A DNA stretch of 41,328 nt from Myxococcota bacterium (GTDB lineage: Bacteria; Myxococcota; JACRCW01), in assembly GCA_040752415.1 (NCBI GenBank), contig JBFMGU010000074.1, positions 1 to 41,328 on the forward strand. Reading direction: 5' to 3'. A program made the position numbers and the translations under genes. Below the pieces are notes generated by a model. The model searched no databases. It saw nothing but the letters and a program-made list of their open reading frames with translations, and was not told where the DNA came from. How positions within the stretch are numbered: the first letter of the stretch is position 1; every line of letters starts with the position of its first letter. Below, piece by piece: positions 19,005 to 28,042 of the stretch.

Positions 19005-20075
19005 TCAGCGCGCGGCGAAGATCTGCTTGAGCTCGAACGCGGGCGTCTGCTCCAGCTGGTCATAGCGGCAATCCGTGGGTGCCTTGTCCGGTCGCCAGCG
19101 TTGGAAGTGCGTGCCGTGACGGAAACGCGAGCCCTGGAGGTGGTCGTAGGCAACCTCGCAGACCAGCACCGGTCGCAGCGGTTCCCAGGAGAGATCCTTG
19201 CCGCGGTTCCACCGGCTGCCGCCGCCCGGCATCCGACGTTCCATGTCGTGCATGCTCCATTCACGCCAGGGATGTCCGTCGAGCGCGCTCTCCCGCAGCG
19301 GCGCCAGCTCCGTCACCAGATCCTTGCGACGCGCGGTGGTGAAGCTGGCCGCAATGCCCACGTGGTGCAGCACGCCGTTCCCGTCGTAGAGGCCGAGCAG
19401 CAGGGAGCCGATCATCGTCTTGGGGCCGTTCTTGTGCCAGCGGAACCCGGCCACGACGCAATCCGCGGTGCGCGCGTGCTTGATCTTCATCATGGTGCGC
19501 TTGCCGGGCGCGTACGGATCTTCCACGCGCTTGGCCATGACGCCGTCGAGACCCGCGCCTTCAAAGCGGCTGAACCAGTCCTGCGCCACGGCGCGGTCCG
19601 TGGTGGCCGGCGTCAGGTGGATGGGCGGTTTGGTGTTGCGCAGCGCGTCCTCCAGGCGCCGACGGCGTTCCGCGAAAGGCTGCGCACAGAGATTCTCGTC
19701 GCCGTGGGCCAGCAGGTCCCACGCCACGAAGCTGGAGGGTGTCTCCTGCGCCAGCATGTTCACGCGCTTGGCCGCGGGGTGGATGCGCTGCAGCAATGCC
19801 TCGAAGTCCAGCACCTCACCGCGCGCGATGACGATTTCTCCGTCGACGATGCAGCGCTCCGGCAGCGCCTGGCGCAGCGGGTCCAGGATTTCCGGGAAGT
19901 AGCGGTTCAGCGGCTTGAGGTCGCGTGACTGCAGGTGCAGCTCGTCGCCATCCCGGAAGACCATGCAGCGGAACCCGTCCCACTTGGGCTCGAAGATCCA
20001 GCCGTCTCCGTCGGGAAGGTCGTCCGTGGCCTTGGACAACATGGGTTCAACCGGGGGAACCAGGGGCAGCTTCAT
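19005..20075 (-). CDS. ligC: ATP-dependent DNA ligase, LigC type
   Basis: EPKWDGFR (adenylated Lys), DGEIV, EGAGLDGVMAK, KIKHARTADCVV, GSLLLGLY, SRWNRGKDLSW, FRH, WRPDK. Confidence 0.92.
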   Translation of the reverse strand: MKLPLVPPVEPMLSKATDDLPDGDGWIFEPKWDGFRCMVFRDGDELHLQSRDLKPLNRYFPEILDPLRQALPERCIVDGEIVIARGEVLDFEALLQRIHPAAKRVNMLAQETPSSFVAWDLLAHGDENLCAQPFAERRRRLEDALRNTKPPIHLTPATTDRAVAQDWFSRFEGAGLDGVMAKRVEDPYAPGKRTMMKIKHARTADCVVAGFRWHKNGPKTMIGSLLLGLYDGNGVLHHVGIAASFTTARRKDLVTELAPLRESALDGHPWREWSMHDMERRMPGGGSRWNRGKDLSWEPLRPVLVCEVAYDHLQGSRFRHGTHFQRWRPDKAPTDCRYDQLEQTPAFELKQIFAAR

Positions 20076-20166
20076 GGCCAAAGCATGCGGTGCGGAGCGC
20101 GGACCTTGTCAATGCTCCCAGGTGCGGAGCCATGCGCCGGCGCGCGTTCCGGGTTACACAGAGGCC

Positions 20167-21921
20167 ATGTCCGACGAGCGACCGCCCACACCGGTCCCCT
20201 CCGCCGCCGTCGTGGCCGACGCGTTGCAGCAGCTTTCCGAGCTGTTGGAGCTGGTGGGCGAGAATCCGTTCAAGGTGCGCGCGTACCAGCGCGGGGCGCA
20301 CGCGGTGCGTCACCTCGGCGAGGACTTCGAGTCACGTCTCCGCAGCAAGACGCTCACGGAGGTGGAGAACATCGGCAAGAGCCTGGTGGCGGCCATCGAG
20401 GAGCTCGTCGCGACGGGAAAGCTGCGGATCCTCGAGGAGGTGAAGCAGAAGGTTCCGCCTGGTGTGCTGGTGCTCTCCTCGGTTCCGGGGCTGGGTCCCA
20501 AGAAGGCGCGACAGGTGTGTGAGGAGCTGGGAATCAGCACGCTGGGTGAGCTGGAGTACGCCGCCACGGAGAACCGGTTGCTCCACCTCAAGGGATTCGG
20601 CGCCAAGACGCAGGCGCGCATCCTCCAGGCGCTGAGAGCGCGTCACGCCACGGCCGGTCAGTGTCGTCTCGACGTGGCGGACGAGGTGGTTGCGCCGCTG
20701 CTCGCGGGTCTCTCCGGAATGCCGCAGGTTCTTGCCGCGTGCGCGGTGGGGCAGGTCCGGCGACGGATGGAGCTGTGTCATCAGGTGGACCTGTTGTGTT
20801 CCGCCGCGGATGTGTCCGCGCTGCTCGACACGCTCCTCGGCGGAACGCTGCTGGCCCGGCCCCGTCGGGAGCGCGCGGATGTCGTTGCGTTCGAGGCGCT
20901 GCCCGGGGTCCCGGGTGTGCTGCACCTGGTGCACCCGGATGACTTTGCGGCGGCACAGCTGTTCCAGACCGGGCCCGAGGCGCACCTGCGCGCGCTTGCG
21001 TCGTCGTCGCAGGACTGGCGGCTCACCGAACAGGGAGCACGTCGTGGTGCGGAACGCGTGGCATTTCCGACGGAAGAAGCCGTCTACGCCGCGCTGGGTC
21101 TGCCGTGGATTGTCCCCGAGCTGCGTGACGACGGAACCGAGGTGGACCTGGCACGCGCGGGCCAGTTGCCGCGGCTCATTGAGCCCGGTGATCTCCGCGG
21201 CGCGCTTCACAACCACACCACGTGGTCCGACGGGAGGGACACCGCGCGTGCCATGCAGCAAGCGGCCGCGGCGTTGGGGCTGCGGTACCTGGGGATTTCG
21301 GATCACTCGCAGAGTGCGTTCTATGCGCGCGGGTTGGCGCGTGACGCGTTGGCGACGCAGCGGGAGGAGCTGCGCGCAGCGTCGGAGCGTGGCGGCTGCG
21401 AGCTGTGGCAGGGCGTGGAGAGCGACATCCTCCAGGATGGCAGCCTGGACTATCCCGCCGAGGTGCTCGCGGAGCTGGACTTTGTGGTGGCGAGCATCCA
21501 CAGCCGCTTCCAGCACGACGCGCAGCAGATGACGCAGCGGTTGGTCAACGCGGCACGGAACCCGTTCACCGACGTGATGGGTCACCCCACCGGCCGCCTG
21601 CTGCTCTCCCGCGAGCCGTACGCCTTCGACCTCGTCGCCGTGCTGGAAGCCGCGCGGGAGTCCGGTTGTGCCATGGAGCTCAACGCGCAGCCGCAGCGGC
21701 TGGACCTGGGCGTGGAGCAGCTCAAGCTGTGCAAGCGCATGGGCGTGAAGGTGTGCATCAACGCCGACGCGCACAACACCAGGGAGCTGGAGGCGCTCCG
21801 TTACGGTGTCTCCATGGCGCGACGCGCGGGATTGACGGCGGCGGACGTGGTCAACACGTTGGATGCGGATGGGATGCGCGCGTGGCTGCGTCAGCGACGG
21901 GAGCGCAGGGCGGGACGCTGA
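20167..21921 (+). CDS. polX: DNA polymerase X family / PHP 3'-5' exonuclease with non-canonical polymerase site
   Basis: ENPFKVRAY, HhH motifs GLGPKKA and GFGAKT, FQTGPEAH, LPWIVPELR; PHP motifs HNHT, SDG, DHS, GVE, GHPTGR, DAH. Confidence 0.92.
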   Translation: MSDERPPTPVPSAAVVADALQQLSELLELVGENPFKVRAYQRGAHAVRHLGEDFESRLRSKTLTEVENIGKSLVAAIEELVATGKLRILEEVKQKVPPGVLVLSSVPGLGPKKARQVCEELGISTLGELEYAATENRLLHLKGFGAKTQARILQALRARHATAGQCRLDVADEVVAPLLAGLSGMPQVLAACAVGQVRRRMELCHQVDLLCSAADVSALLDTLLGGTLLARPRRERADVVAFEALPGVPGVLHLVHPDDFAAAQLFQTGPEAHLRALASSSQDWRLTEQGARRGAERVAFPTEEAVYAALGLPWIVPELRDDGTEVDLARAGQLPRLIEPGDLRGALHNHTTWSDGRDTARAMQQAAAALGLRYLGISDHSQSAFYARGLARDALATQREELRAASERGGCELWQGVESDILQDGSLDYPAEVLAELDFVVASIHSRFQHDAQQMTQRLVNAARNPFTDVMGHPTGRLLLSREPYAFDLVAVLEAARESGCAMELNAQPQRLDLGVEQLKLCKRMGVKVCINADAHNTRELEALRYGVSMARRAGLTAADVVNTLDADGMRAWLRQRRERRAGR

Positions 21922-21957
21922 AGCGTGAGCCGTCCGCAGGGCCGCCGGAGCCGTTCT

Positions 21958-22251
21958 CTTCAGGCCTGCTCGCGCGAAGGCGTCAGGGGCTGGAACGGCG
22001 CGAGCTTTCGGACTGCGTGTGCAAGCGCCCATGACCGAACCGCGCTGCGCAGTGGGGGCGCGTAGCACCGCTTTGGCTCGGTCGACTCCGGTGACGCCCC
22101 GCCCGCGGGCGCGGTGACGAACCCACCCGGAGGGAAAGCGGTGCTACGCGCCCCCACTGCGCAGCGCGGTTCGGTCATGGGCGCTTGCACACGCAGTCCG
22201 AAAGCTCGCGCCGTTCCAGCCCCTGACGCCTTCGCGCGAGCAGGCCTGAAG
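21958..22251. repeat. Perfect 117-bp inverted repeat with 60-bp spacer (REPIN/MITE-like)
   Basis: 21958-22074 is the exact reverse complement of 22135-22251; lies between the convergent polX and large lipoprotein genes. Confidence 0.95.
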
Positions 22252-22303
22252 GGAAACCCGCGCGCCGCGGAGGAAGCGCGACGCGCGGGGTCAAACCATC
22301 CGC

Positions 22304-25300
22304 TCAGCTCGCGGCGGGCACCGGCTCCTTGAGGTCCGGCGTGCACGCGTAGCTGCTGTCAAACGTGGTCTGGTCATACGACGGGTCCAGCGTGGGATCC
22401 GCCGGGTTGATCGGCAGCGTCACCGCGCGACCGTCGACGCTGATGGTGCCGCTCAGCGTGTTGGTCTGCGTGTCGTAGGAGCCGGCGAACGCATCCAGGT
22501 CCGCGCTGTCGATGGTGACGTTGAACGTCTTCCCCTCCAGGAACAGCACCGCGGTGGCGTTGGTGGTCTGCACGTTGCTCAGCCCCGCCACCGGCGTGCT
22601 GATGCTGTACACGCCCGCGTTGGTGTTGGACTCCCCGCCAATGGGGCTCACCGTGGCGGTGGCCGTCCCCGTCAACGTCATCTTGCCCGTGGGGACGGTG
22701 ACGCCGGTGGGAACGCTGTACGCATTGAACGCGTCAAACACCAGCGAGGTGATGGTGAACGTGGCCGCGTCGCGCGAGACCGGGACGATGGGCGGGTCGG
22801 TGTTGCGCAGGCCGGTCACCATCTTGGTTGCCGTTGCCGTGGCCGTGCCGCTGGCCTTGGTGGCACCGCCCAGGCAGTCCGGGGCGATGGTGGTGTCGGC
22901 GGGGAGCGGGCCCATGGCGCAGGCGTTGGCGGCCCAGGTGATGGAGCCGGGGCTGCCGGGGTTGCCCTGCACGTCGGTGGGCGCGCCCAGCACGGAGGCC
23001 GCCGCGAAACCGCAGCTGGTGTTGCCGTTCAGCATGTTGGTGGCCACGCCCACGTTCTTGATGAGCAGACGCGCCGCCTGCTGCGCCAGCGTCCGACGGA
23101 AGGAACAGGCCTCCTCGTTGGGCGCCACCATCAGGTTCGGCGTGCACGCGTAGGCGGCGTCGAACGCGGTCTGGTCGAACTCCGGGTCCAGCGTGCTGTC
23201 CGCGGGGTTGATGGGGATGGTCACCGGCGCGCTGTCCACGGTGATGGAGCCGGTCAGCGTGTTGCTCACCGTGTCCTTGGTGCCGTTCTGCGCGTCGAGG
23301 TCGGAGGCGGAGACCGCCACGTCAAAGGCCTTCCCGTCGCTGACCAGGCGCACGTTGGCGTTGCTGAAGGTCATGCTCTCGAAGGTGACCACCGGCGTGG
23401 AGATGGAGCAGGCCCCGGTGGTGAGGTCGATGCCGGTGCGCGGCGTGACCTGCGCGCTCAGCGTGCCGCTCTTCACCGTGAGGCTGCTGGTGGATTCCGA
23501 GTTGGTGACCGTGAAGTCGGTGAAGGTGATGGTGAGGTCGAACTCCGCGGGGTCGCGGCTGGTGGGGACAATGGGCGTGAGCGGGTCCCCGGTGTTGTAG
23601 CCGCGCACCGTCTTGGTCCCGGTCACGGAGATGGTGCCCATCACCGACGTGGCCGCGGGGTTGCAGCTGGTGGCCGGCCCCACCACGGTCTCGGTGGCAA
23701 ACGGCAGCGTGCACGCGCTGGAGATGGTGAACACCGCGGTGGCTCCGTCGTCACCGAGGTTGCCGGTGATCTGCGGCGTGCCGCCCACCGCCGCGCTGGA
23801 GAAGCCGCAGTTGGTGTCGGCGTTGATGATGGACACCACCGTTCCCAGCGTGCGCGGCGTCAGGCGGGAGATGCCCTGCGCCAACGGTCCCAGGAAGGAG
23901 CAGGAGTGGCTCACCGGCGTCACCAGGTTGGGCGTGCACGCATACGACGCATCAAACGCCGCCTGGTCGAAGTCCGGGTTGAGGCCCTGCAGGTCGCTGG
24001 GCACGGTGAAGGACTCGCCCTCGACGCTGATGCTGCCGGAGAGCTTGTTGCTGTCGGTGTCCCAGGTGCCGTTGACCGCGTCGATGGTGGAGGTGCCCAC
24101 GTTGAGCTGGAACGTGCCGCTCTCACTGGTCACCTTCACCACGCCGTTGGTGTAGGTGAGGTCCTCGAAGCGGGCCATGGGCGTGCTGATGGCGCACGCG
24201 CCGGTGTCGGCGGCCAGCGCCACGCGCGGGGTCAGCGTGCCGGCGAGCGTGCCGGAGACCAGCGTGAGCGCGTTGACGTCGGCGCTGCTGGAGACCTTGA
24301 AGTTGGTGGGGGTGATGGTGAGCGAGAGGACCGCGGGGCTGTCGGTGCTGGGCACCACGGGCTGGGTCTGGCTGCCGGTGAGGCGGCCGCTGACGGTCTT
24401 GGTGCCGCTCACGCGGAAGGTGCCGCCCGCGCGCGTCTCCACGCCGGCGCAGTCGGTGGACACCGCGGTGTCGGCGGGGATGGTGATGTCGCAGTCGGTC
24501 ACCGTGAAGGTCACCGCGCCCTGGCCGCCCACCGTGCCGGTGGCGGTGGCCGCGCCCTGCACGCTGGTGGCGCTGAAGCCGCACGTGGTGTTCTTGTCGA
24601 CGATGCCCGCCACCGCACCAAAGGTCTTCACGGTGAGACGCGCCGCGCCGTCGGCGAGACGGGGACGCAGGTCCGCGCACACGAACGACTCCGGGCTGGC
24701 CAGGTTGGCGGTGCACGCGTAGCTGGCCTTGAACTTGGCGGCGTCGTAGTCGGGGTCCAGTCCCTCGGTGTCACCGGAGACGGGAATGGTCTTCTCCTCC
24801 TCCTGGTTCGGCGGGGCCATGCCCACCTGGGAGGACAGCGTGATCTTTCCGCTGAGCTTGTTCTCGTTGTCGCCGTTGACGCCGTTCTGCGCGTCCAGCG
24901 CGGAGGTCTTGATGGTGGCCTCCACCTCGTTGTCGGGGGTGGTGACGTGCACCGCGCCGCTGGTCCAGGTGATGCCGCTGAAGGTGGTGTTGGGCGTGGA
25001 GATGGCGCACGCGCCGGTGTCCGCCGCCACGGCGAGGCGGGGCTTGATGTTCGCCGCCAGCGTGCCGGACTTGATGGTCATCTTGTTGCCGCTGGAGGAG
25101 TTCTCCACCTTGAAGTCGGTGAACGACGCGCTGGTGATGGCAATGGTGACGGCGTCGGGACCGCTGGGGACCACCGGGCTCTCGGGCTTGCCGGTGAGGA
25201 TGCCGGTGATGGTCTTGGTGGCGCTGACCTTCACCTTGCCAGACGCGGTGACGGTGACGCCTTCACAATCCTTGGACACCTCGGTGCCGCCGCCCGCGTC

Positions 25301-25564
25301 GATCTCGCAGTCGGTGACCGTCCAGGTGACGCTGCCGGCGGTTCCCACCTCGCCACTGAGGGTGGCGGCGCCCAGCACGCTGGGAGCGGAGAAACCACAG
25401 CTGGTGTTGGCGTTGACCAGCGTGCCCACGGCACCCATGTTGCGCACGGTGAGACGGGCCACGCCCATGGCCACCGTGTCCGCCGGGTTCTGGCACGCGG
25501 GACACCCCGCCGCGCCCAGCGCCAGCACCGCCAGCGCAGCATTCCATCGAGCTTTGTGGAGCAT
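22304..25564 (-). CDS. Large Thr/Ser/Gly-rich lipoprotein with four tandem ~260-270-aa Cys-containing repeats
   Basis: MLHKARWNAALAVLALGAAGC lipobox; repeat signature ARL...NTxCGFS...GTKTVxG...SISTP...NxLSGxIxV...LDPxFDQxxFDASYACTPNL occurs four times. Confidence 0.9.
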   Translation of the reverse strand: MLHKARWNAALAVLALGAAGCPACQNPADTVAMGVARLTVRNMGAVGTLVNANTSCGFSAPSVLGAATLSGEVGTAGSVTWTVTDCEIDAGGGTEVSKDCEGVTVTASGKVKVSATKTITGILTGKPESPVVPSGPDAVTIAITSASFTDFKVENSSSGNKMTIKSGTLAANIKPRLAVAADTGACAISTPNTTFSGITWTSGAVHVTTPDNEVEATIKTSALDAQNGVNGDNENKLSGKITLSSQVGMAPPNQEEEKTIPVSGDTEGLDPDYDAAKFKASYACTANLASPESFVCADLRPRLADGAARLTVKTFGAVAGIVDKNTTCGFSATSVQGAATATGTVGGQGAVTFTVTDCDITIPADTAVSTDCAGVETRAGGTFRVSGTKTVSGRLTGSQTQPVVPSTDSPAVLSLTITPTNFKVSSSADVNALTLVSGTLAGTLTPRVALAADTGACAISTPMARFEDLTYTNGVVKVTSESGTFQLNVGTSTIDAVNGTWDTDSNKLSGSISVEGESFTVPSDLQGLNPDFDQAAFDASYACTPNLVTPVSHSCSFLGPLAQGISRLTPRTLGTVVSIINADTNCGFSSAAVGGTPQITGNLGDDGATAVFTISSACTLPFATETVVGPATSCNPAATSVMGTISVTGTKTVRGYNTGDPLTPIVPTSRDPAEFDLTITFTDFTVTNSESTSSLTVKSGTLSAQVTPRTGIDLTTGACSISTPVVTFESMTFSNANVRLVSDGKAFDVAVSASDLDAQNGTKDTVSNTLTGSITVDSAPVTIPINPADSTLDPEFDQTAFDAAYACTPNLMVAPNEEACSFRRTLAQQAARLLIKNVGVATNMLNGNTSCGFAAASVLGAPTDVQGNPGSPGSITWAANACAMGPLPADTTIAPDCLGGATKASGTATATATKMVTGLRNTDPPIVPVSRDAATFTITSLVFDAFNAYSVPTGVTVPTGKMTLTGTATATVSPIGGESNTNAGVYSISTPVAGLSNVQTTNATAVLFLEGKTFNVTIDSADLDAFAGSYDTQTNTLSGTISVDGRAVTLPINPADPTLDPSYDQTTFDSSYACTPDLKEPVPAAS

Positions 25565-25824
25565 GGAGAAATCCTTGAGTTGGGGAGGAGGAGTGGTGAC
25601 GGCGCGCGGTCCCCCCATCCGCTGCCTGTGCCCGCCAGTGCGCGGACGCGCGGCTTTGTCGATGAGGCCCTGGGGGGTGTCAAGGCCTTGCGCAACGCGT
25701 CAGGCGGGCGAAAACGCGTCAGAACGCCACGTTTCCAGCAACGCGCAGCGCGTGCGTGGAAGCGGCGCTGTCTCCGGCAACAGCCTGAGGGTCGGCGGTG
25801 CCGCGGCGGCGATAATCGCGCACC

Positions 25825-26343
25825 ATGAAACGTGACCTGCCATTCCTCCTCGTCGCATTCGCGCTGGCCGCGTGCGGGACTTCGGACAGCGGGACCTCCG
25901 CCGCGTCGTCCGCGTCGTCCTCCTCGGGGGCGGCGGCTTCCAGCTCGTCGGGCGGGGGCGCGGGCTCGACGTCGTCCTCCTCGGGCGGCGCGGGCTCCAC
26001 CTCCGGCTCCAGCAGCGGCTCCATCTCCAGTGAGAGCGCCGGCGCCACGTCGTCCTCCTCAGGCGGTGCGGATGCGGGTGAAGGCTCCTGCATTCCGCCC
26101 GGCTCCACCGGCAATGACAGGATGGTGGGGGAGTCCTGCACGGCGGGCGGCGGTGAGTGCGAGGACAACGGCTTTGGCAACGCGCTCTTCTGCACCGTGG
26201 ACAACGACCCCAGCGCGCCGGCGTTCTGCACCAAACCGTGCATCCAGGACAGCCAGTGCGGCGAGGGCGCGCGCTGCGGCGGCGACACGCGCGACGGCGG
26301 AAACCAGGGCGTGCAGGGCTGCATCCCGGAATCCTGCCTGTAG
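25825..26343 (+). CDS. Lipoprotein with Ser/Gly linker and Cys-rich C-terminal domain
   Basis: LVAFALAAC lipobox; SSSSGG repeats; multiple Cys in the last ~85 aa. Confidence 0.85.
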   Translation: MKRDLPFLLVAFALAACGTSDSGTSAASSASSSSGAAASSSSGGGAGSTSSSSGGAGSTSGSSSGSISSESAGATSSSSGGADAGEGSCIPPGSTGNDRMVGESCTAGGGECEDNGFGNALFCTVDNDPSAPAFCTKPCIQDSQCGEGARCGGDTRDGGNQGVQGCIPESCL

Positions 26344-26410
26344 GTGCGGCCAGTTCGTACAAGCAGACCATTCTCGCGCAGCCCCAGACTCCAACCCATC
26401 GACGTCACCG

Positions 26411-28042
26411 TCACGCCGCCTGGGGCCGCGCCTTCTCCTGGGCGGACCGCAGGATCGTCGCCACCAGGTTGCCTTTCAGCACCGCGGACGCGGTCAGCGC
26501 GCCCCCAAACAGCGCCCCCGCCACACCGCAGGTCACCACGTCCTGCCCGGTGAGGAACAGCCCGGGCACCGCGGTGGCGGGCTTGAGGAAGCGCTGACGG
26601 AACCGCTGCGGCGTGTGGTCTACACCGTAGATCTCGCCGCTGGCATGGTTGGCGAAATGCTGCGTGGTGAGCGGCGTGGACAGCTCCTGGAAGTCCACCT
26701 TGCCGCGCAGCTGCGGCAGCTGGCGGTAGAGGCTCTCCAGGAGTCGCTCGGTGAGCCGCTGCTTGAGTGCGTCGTAGTCGGCGCCACGCTTCTTCCACGT
26801 GGTTCCATCCCACTGCGCAAACCAGGAATGCGGCGCGGCGGTGATGACCTCCACCGTGGCGCGCCCGGGGTGACGACGAGCAAAATCCGGATCCTTGGCC
26901 GCCGGGAAGGACACGTAGACCACCGGCAGCTCCGCGTCGGGGTTGGCGCGGCTGGCCGTGATGCCGTCCTCGTGGCGCTCGTGCGGATAGATCCACAGGT
27001 TGTGCCGGGGCAGGCCCAGCTCCTGTGCGGTGTGCTTGAACCCCAGGTAGAGACAGAGGTGCGCCGACGAGGGACGGACCGTGCGCAGCTTCTCCAGCAG
27101 ACCATGGCGCAGCGCCACCTCGCGCGGGAGCAGCCGCGTGAACGTGTTGGCCACGCCCGCGTCGCTGACCACCACGGGGGCGCGCAGCTCGGCTCCGTCG
27201 GAGGCCATCTTCACGCCCACCACACGGCCGTCCTGCACCACCAGCGACGCCACCTCCGCGCTGACCAGCACCTTGCCACCCGCGCGCTCGATGACCGGGA
27301 TGATCGTCTCCGCAATGCGCGCGGAGCCACCCACGGGATAGTAGCCACCGTCGAAGTAGTGGTTGGCCACCATGGCGTGCACCATGAAGGATGCTTCCGA
27401 GGGCGGCAGGCCGTAGTCGCCGAACTGTGCGGTCAGCACACCAATGAGCTTCTGGTTGCGCGTGAATCCCTCCAGCACGTCGCGCGTGGTGCGGTCGGAC
27501 CAGCGCAGGAACCGGTGTCGCAGGAACGGTCCCGCCACCGCGGCCACCGGTCCCGGCAGCGCCTTCTCGGCGTGGAAGGACAGTGACGTCGACAACGCAC
27601 TCCGAACTGCCTGGAAGTACGCATCAATGGCCGCTTCCTCACCGGGGAACCGGCCCTTCAGGTAGGTGCGCAGCTTCTCGCGACCCTTGGGGAAGTCGTA
27701 GACCTCGTCGCCCAGGACGACGCGGTCGTACACTTCGCCCATGTCGGCCCACGCGAGCTGGCCATTGGTGACCTCGTCGAACATGGCGCGCAGGACCGAG
27801 CCGGGAGCCACGTCTCCCACGTAGTGCACGCCCACGTCCCATTCGTAGCCGGGCCGGTGGAACACGTGGGTGAATCCACCCGCCGTGTAATGGCGCTCCA
27901 GCACCAGCACCTTCTTGCGGCCGTGCTTGGCCAGCAACGCCGCCGCCGCCAGCCCGCCAATGCCTGACCCGATGACGATGACGTCGTAATTCTCCCGCAC
28001 CGGGTTCCGCTTGTAGGACTGCGCATGCCTCGTCTCGCTCAT
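26411..28042 (-). CDS. FAD/NAD(P)-dependent oxidoreductase, phytoene desaturase / retinol saturase family
   Basis: VIGSGIGGL, LERHYTAGGFTH, WDVGVHYVG, YPVGGS, STPLT, GLFLTGQD; GGAGG RBS; start overlaps the TetR stop. Confidence 0.93.
   Translation of the reverse strand: MSETRHAQSYKRNPVRENYDVIVIGSGIGGLAAAALLAKHGRKKVLVLERHYTAGGFTHVFHRPGYEWDVGVHYVGDVAPGSVLRAMFDEVTNGQLAWADMGEVYDRVVLGDEVYDFPKGREKLRTYLKGRFPGEEAAIDAYFQAVRSALSTSLSFHAEKALPGPVAAVAGPFLRHRFLRWSDRTTRDVLEGFTRNQKLIGVLTAQFGDYGLPPSEASFMVHAMVANHYFDGGYYPVGGSARIAETIIPVIERAGGKVLVSAEVASLVVQDGRVVGVKMASDGAELRAPVVVSDAGVANTFTRLLPREVALRHGLLEKLRTVRPSSAHLCLYLGFKHTAQELGLPRHNLWIYPHERHEDGITASRANPDAELPVVYVSFPAAKDPDFARRHPGRATVEVITAAPHSWFAQWDGTTWKKRGADYDALKQRLTERLLESLYRQLPQLRGKVDFQELSTPLTTQHFANHASGEIYGVDHTPQRFRQRFLKPATAVPGLFLTGQDVVTCGVAGALFGGALTASAVLKGNLVATILRSAQEKARPQAA

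Noticed and set aside
17670..20075. Canonical NHEJ (Ku-LigD) locus
   Set aside because: No Ku or phosphoesterase domain in the window; polymerase and ligase are separate genes with LigC/Prim-PolC-type motifs.
20332..22346. ORFs 20332..22068 (-), 22114..22332 (+) and 21960..22346 (-) sharing identical peptide stretches
   Set aside because: The identity is a by-product of the 117-bp inverted repeat, not a duplicated gene.
22304..26070. CRISPR array or non-coding tandem repeat
   Set aside because: The repeats are in-frame coding repeats or Ser/Gly low-complexity sequence; no repeat-spacer periodicity and no cas genes.
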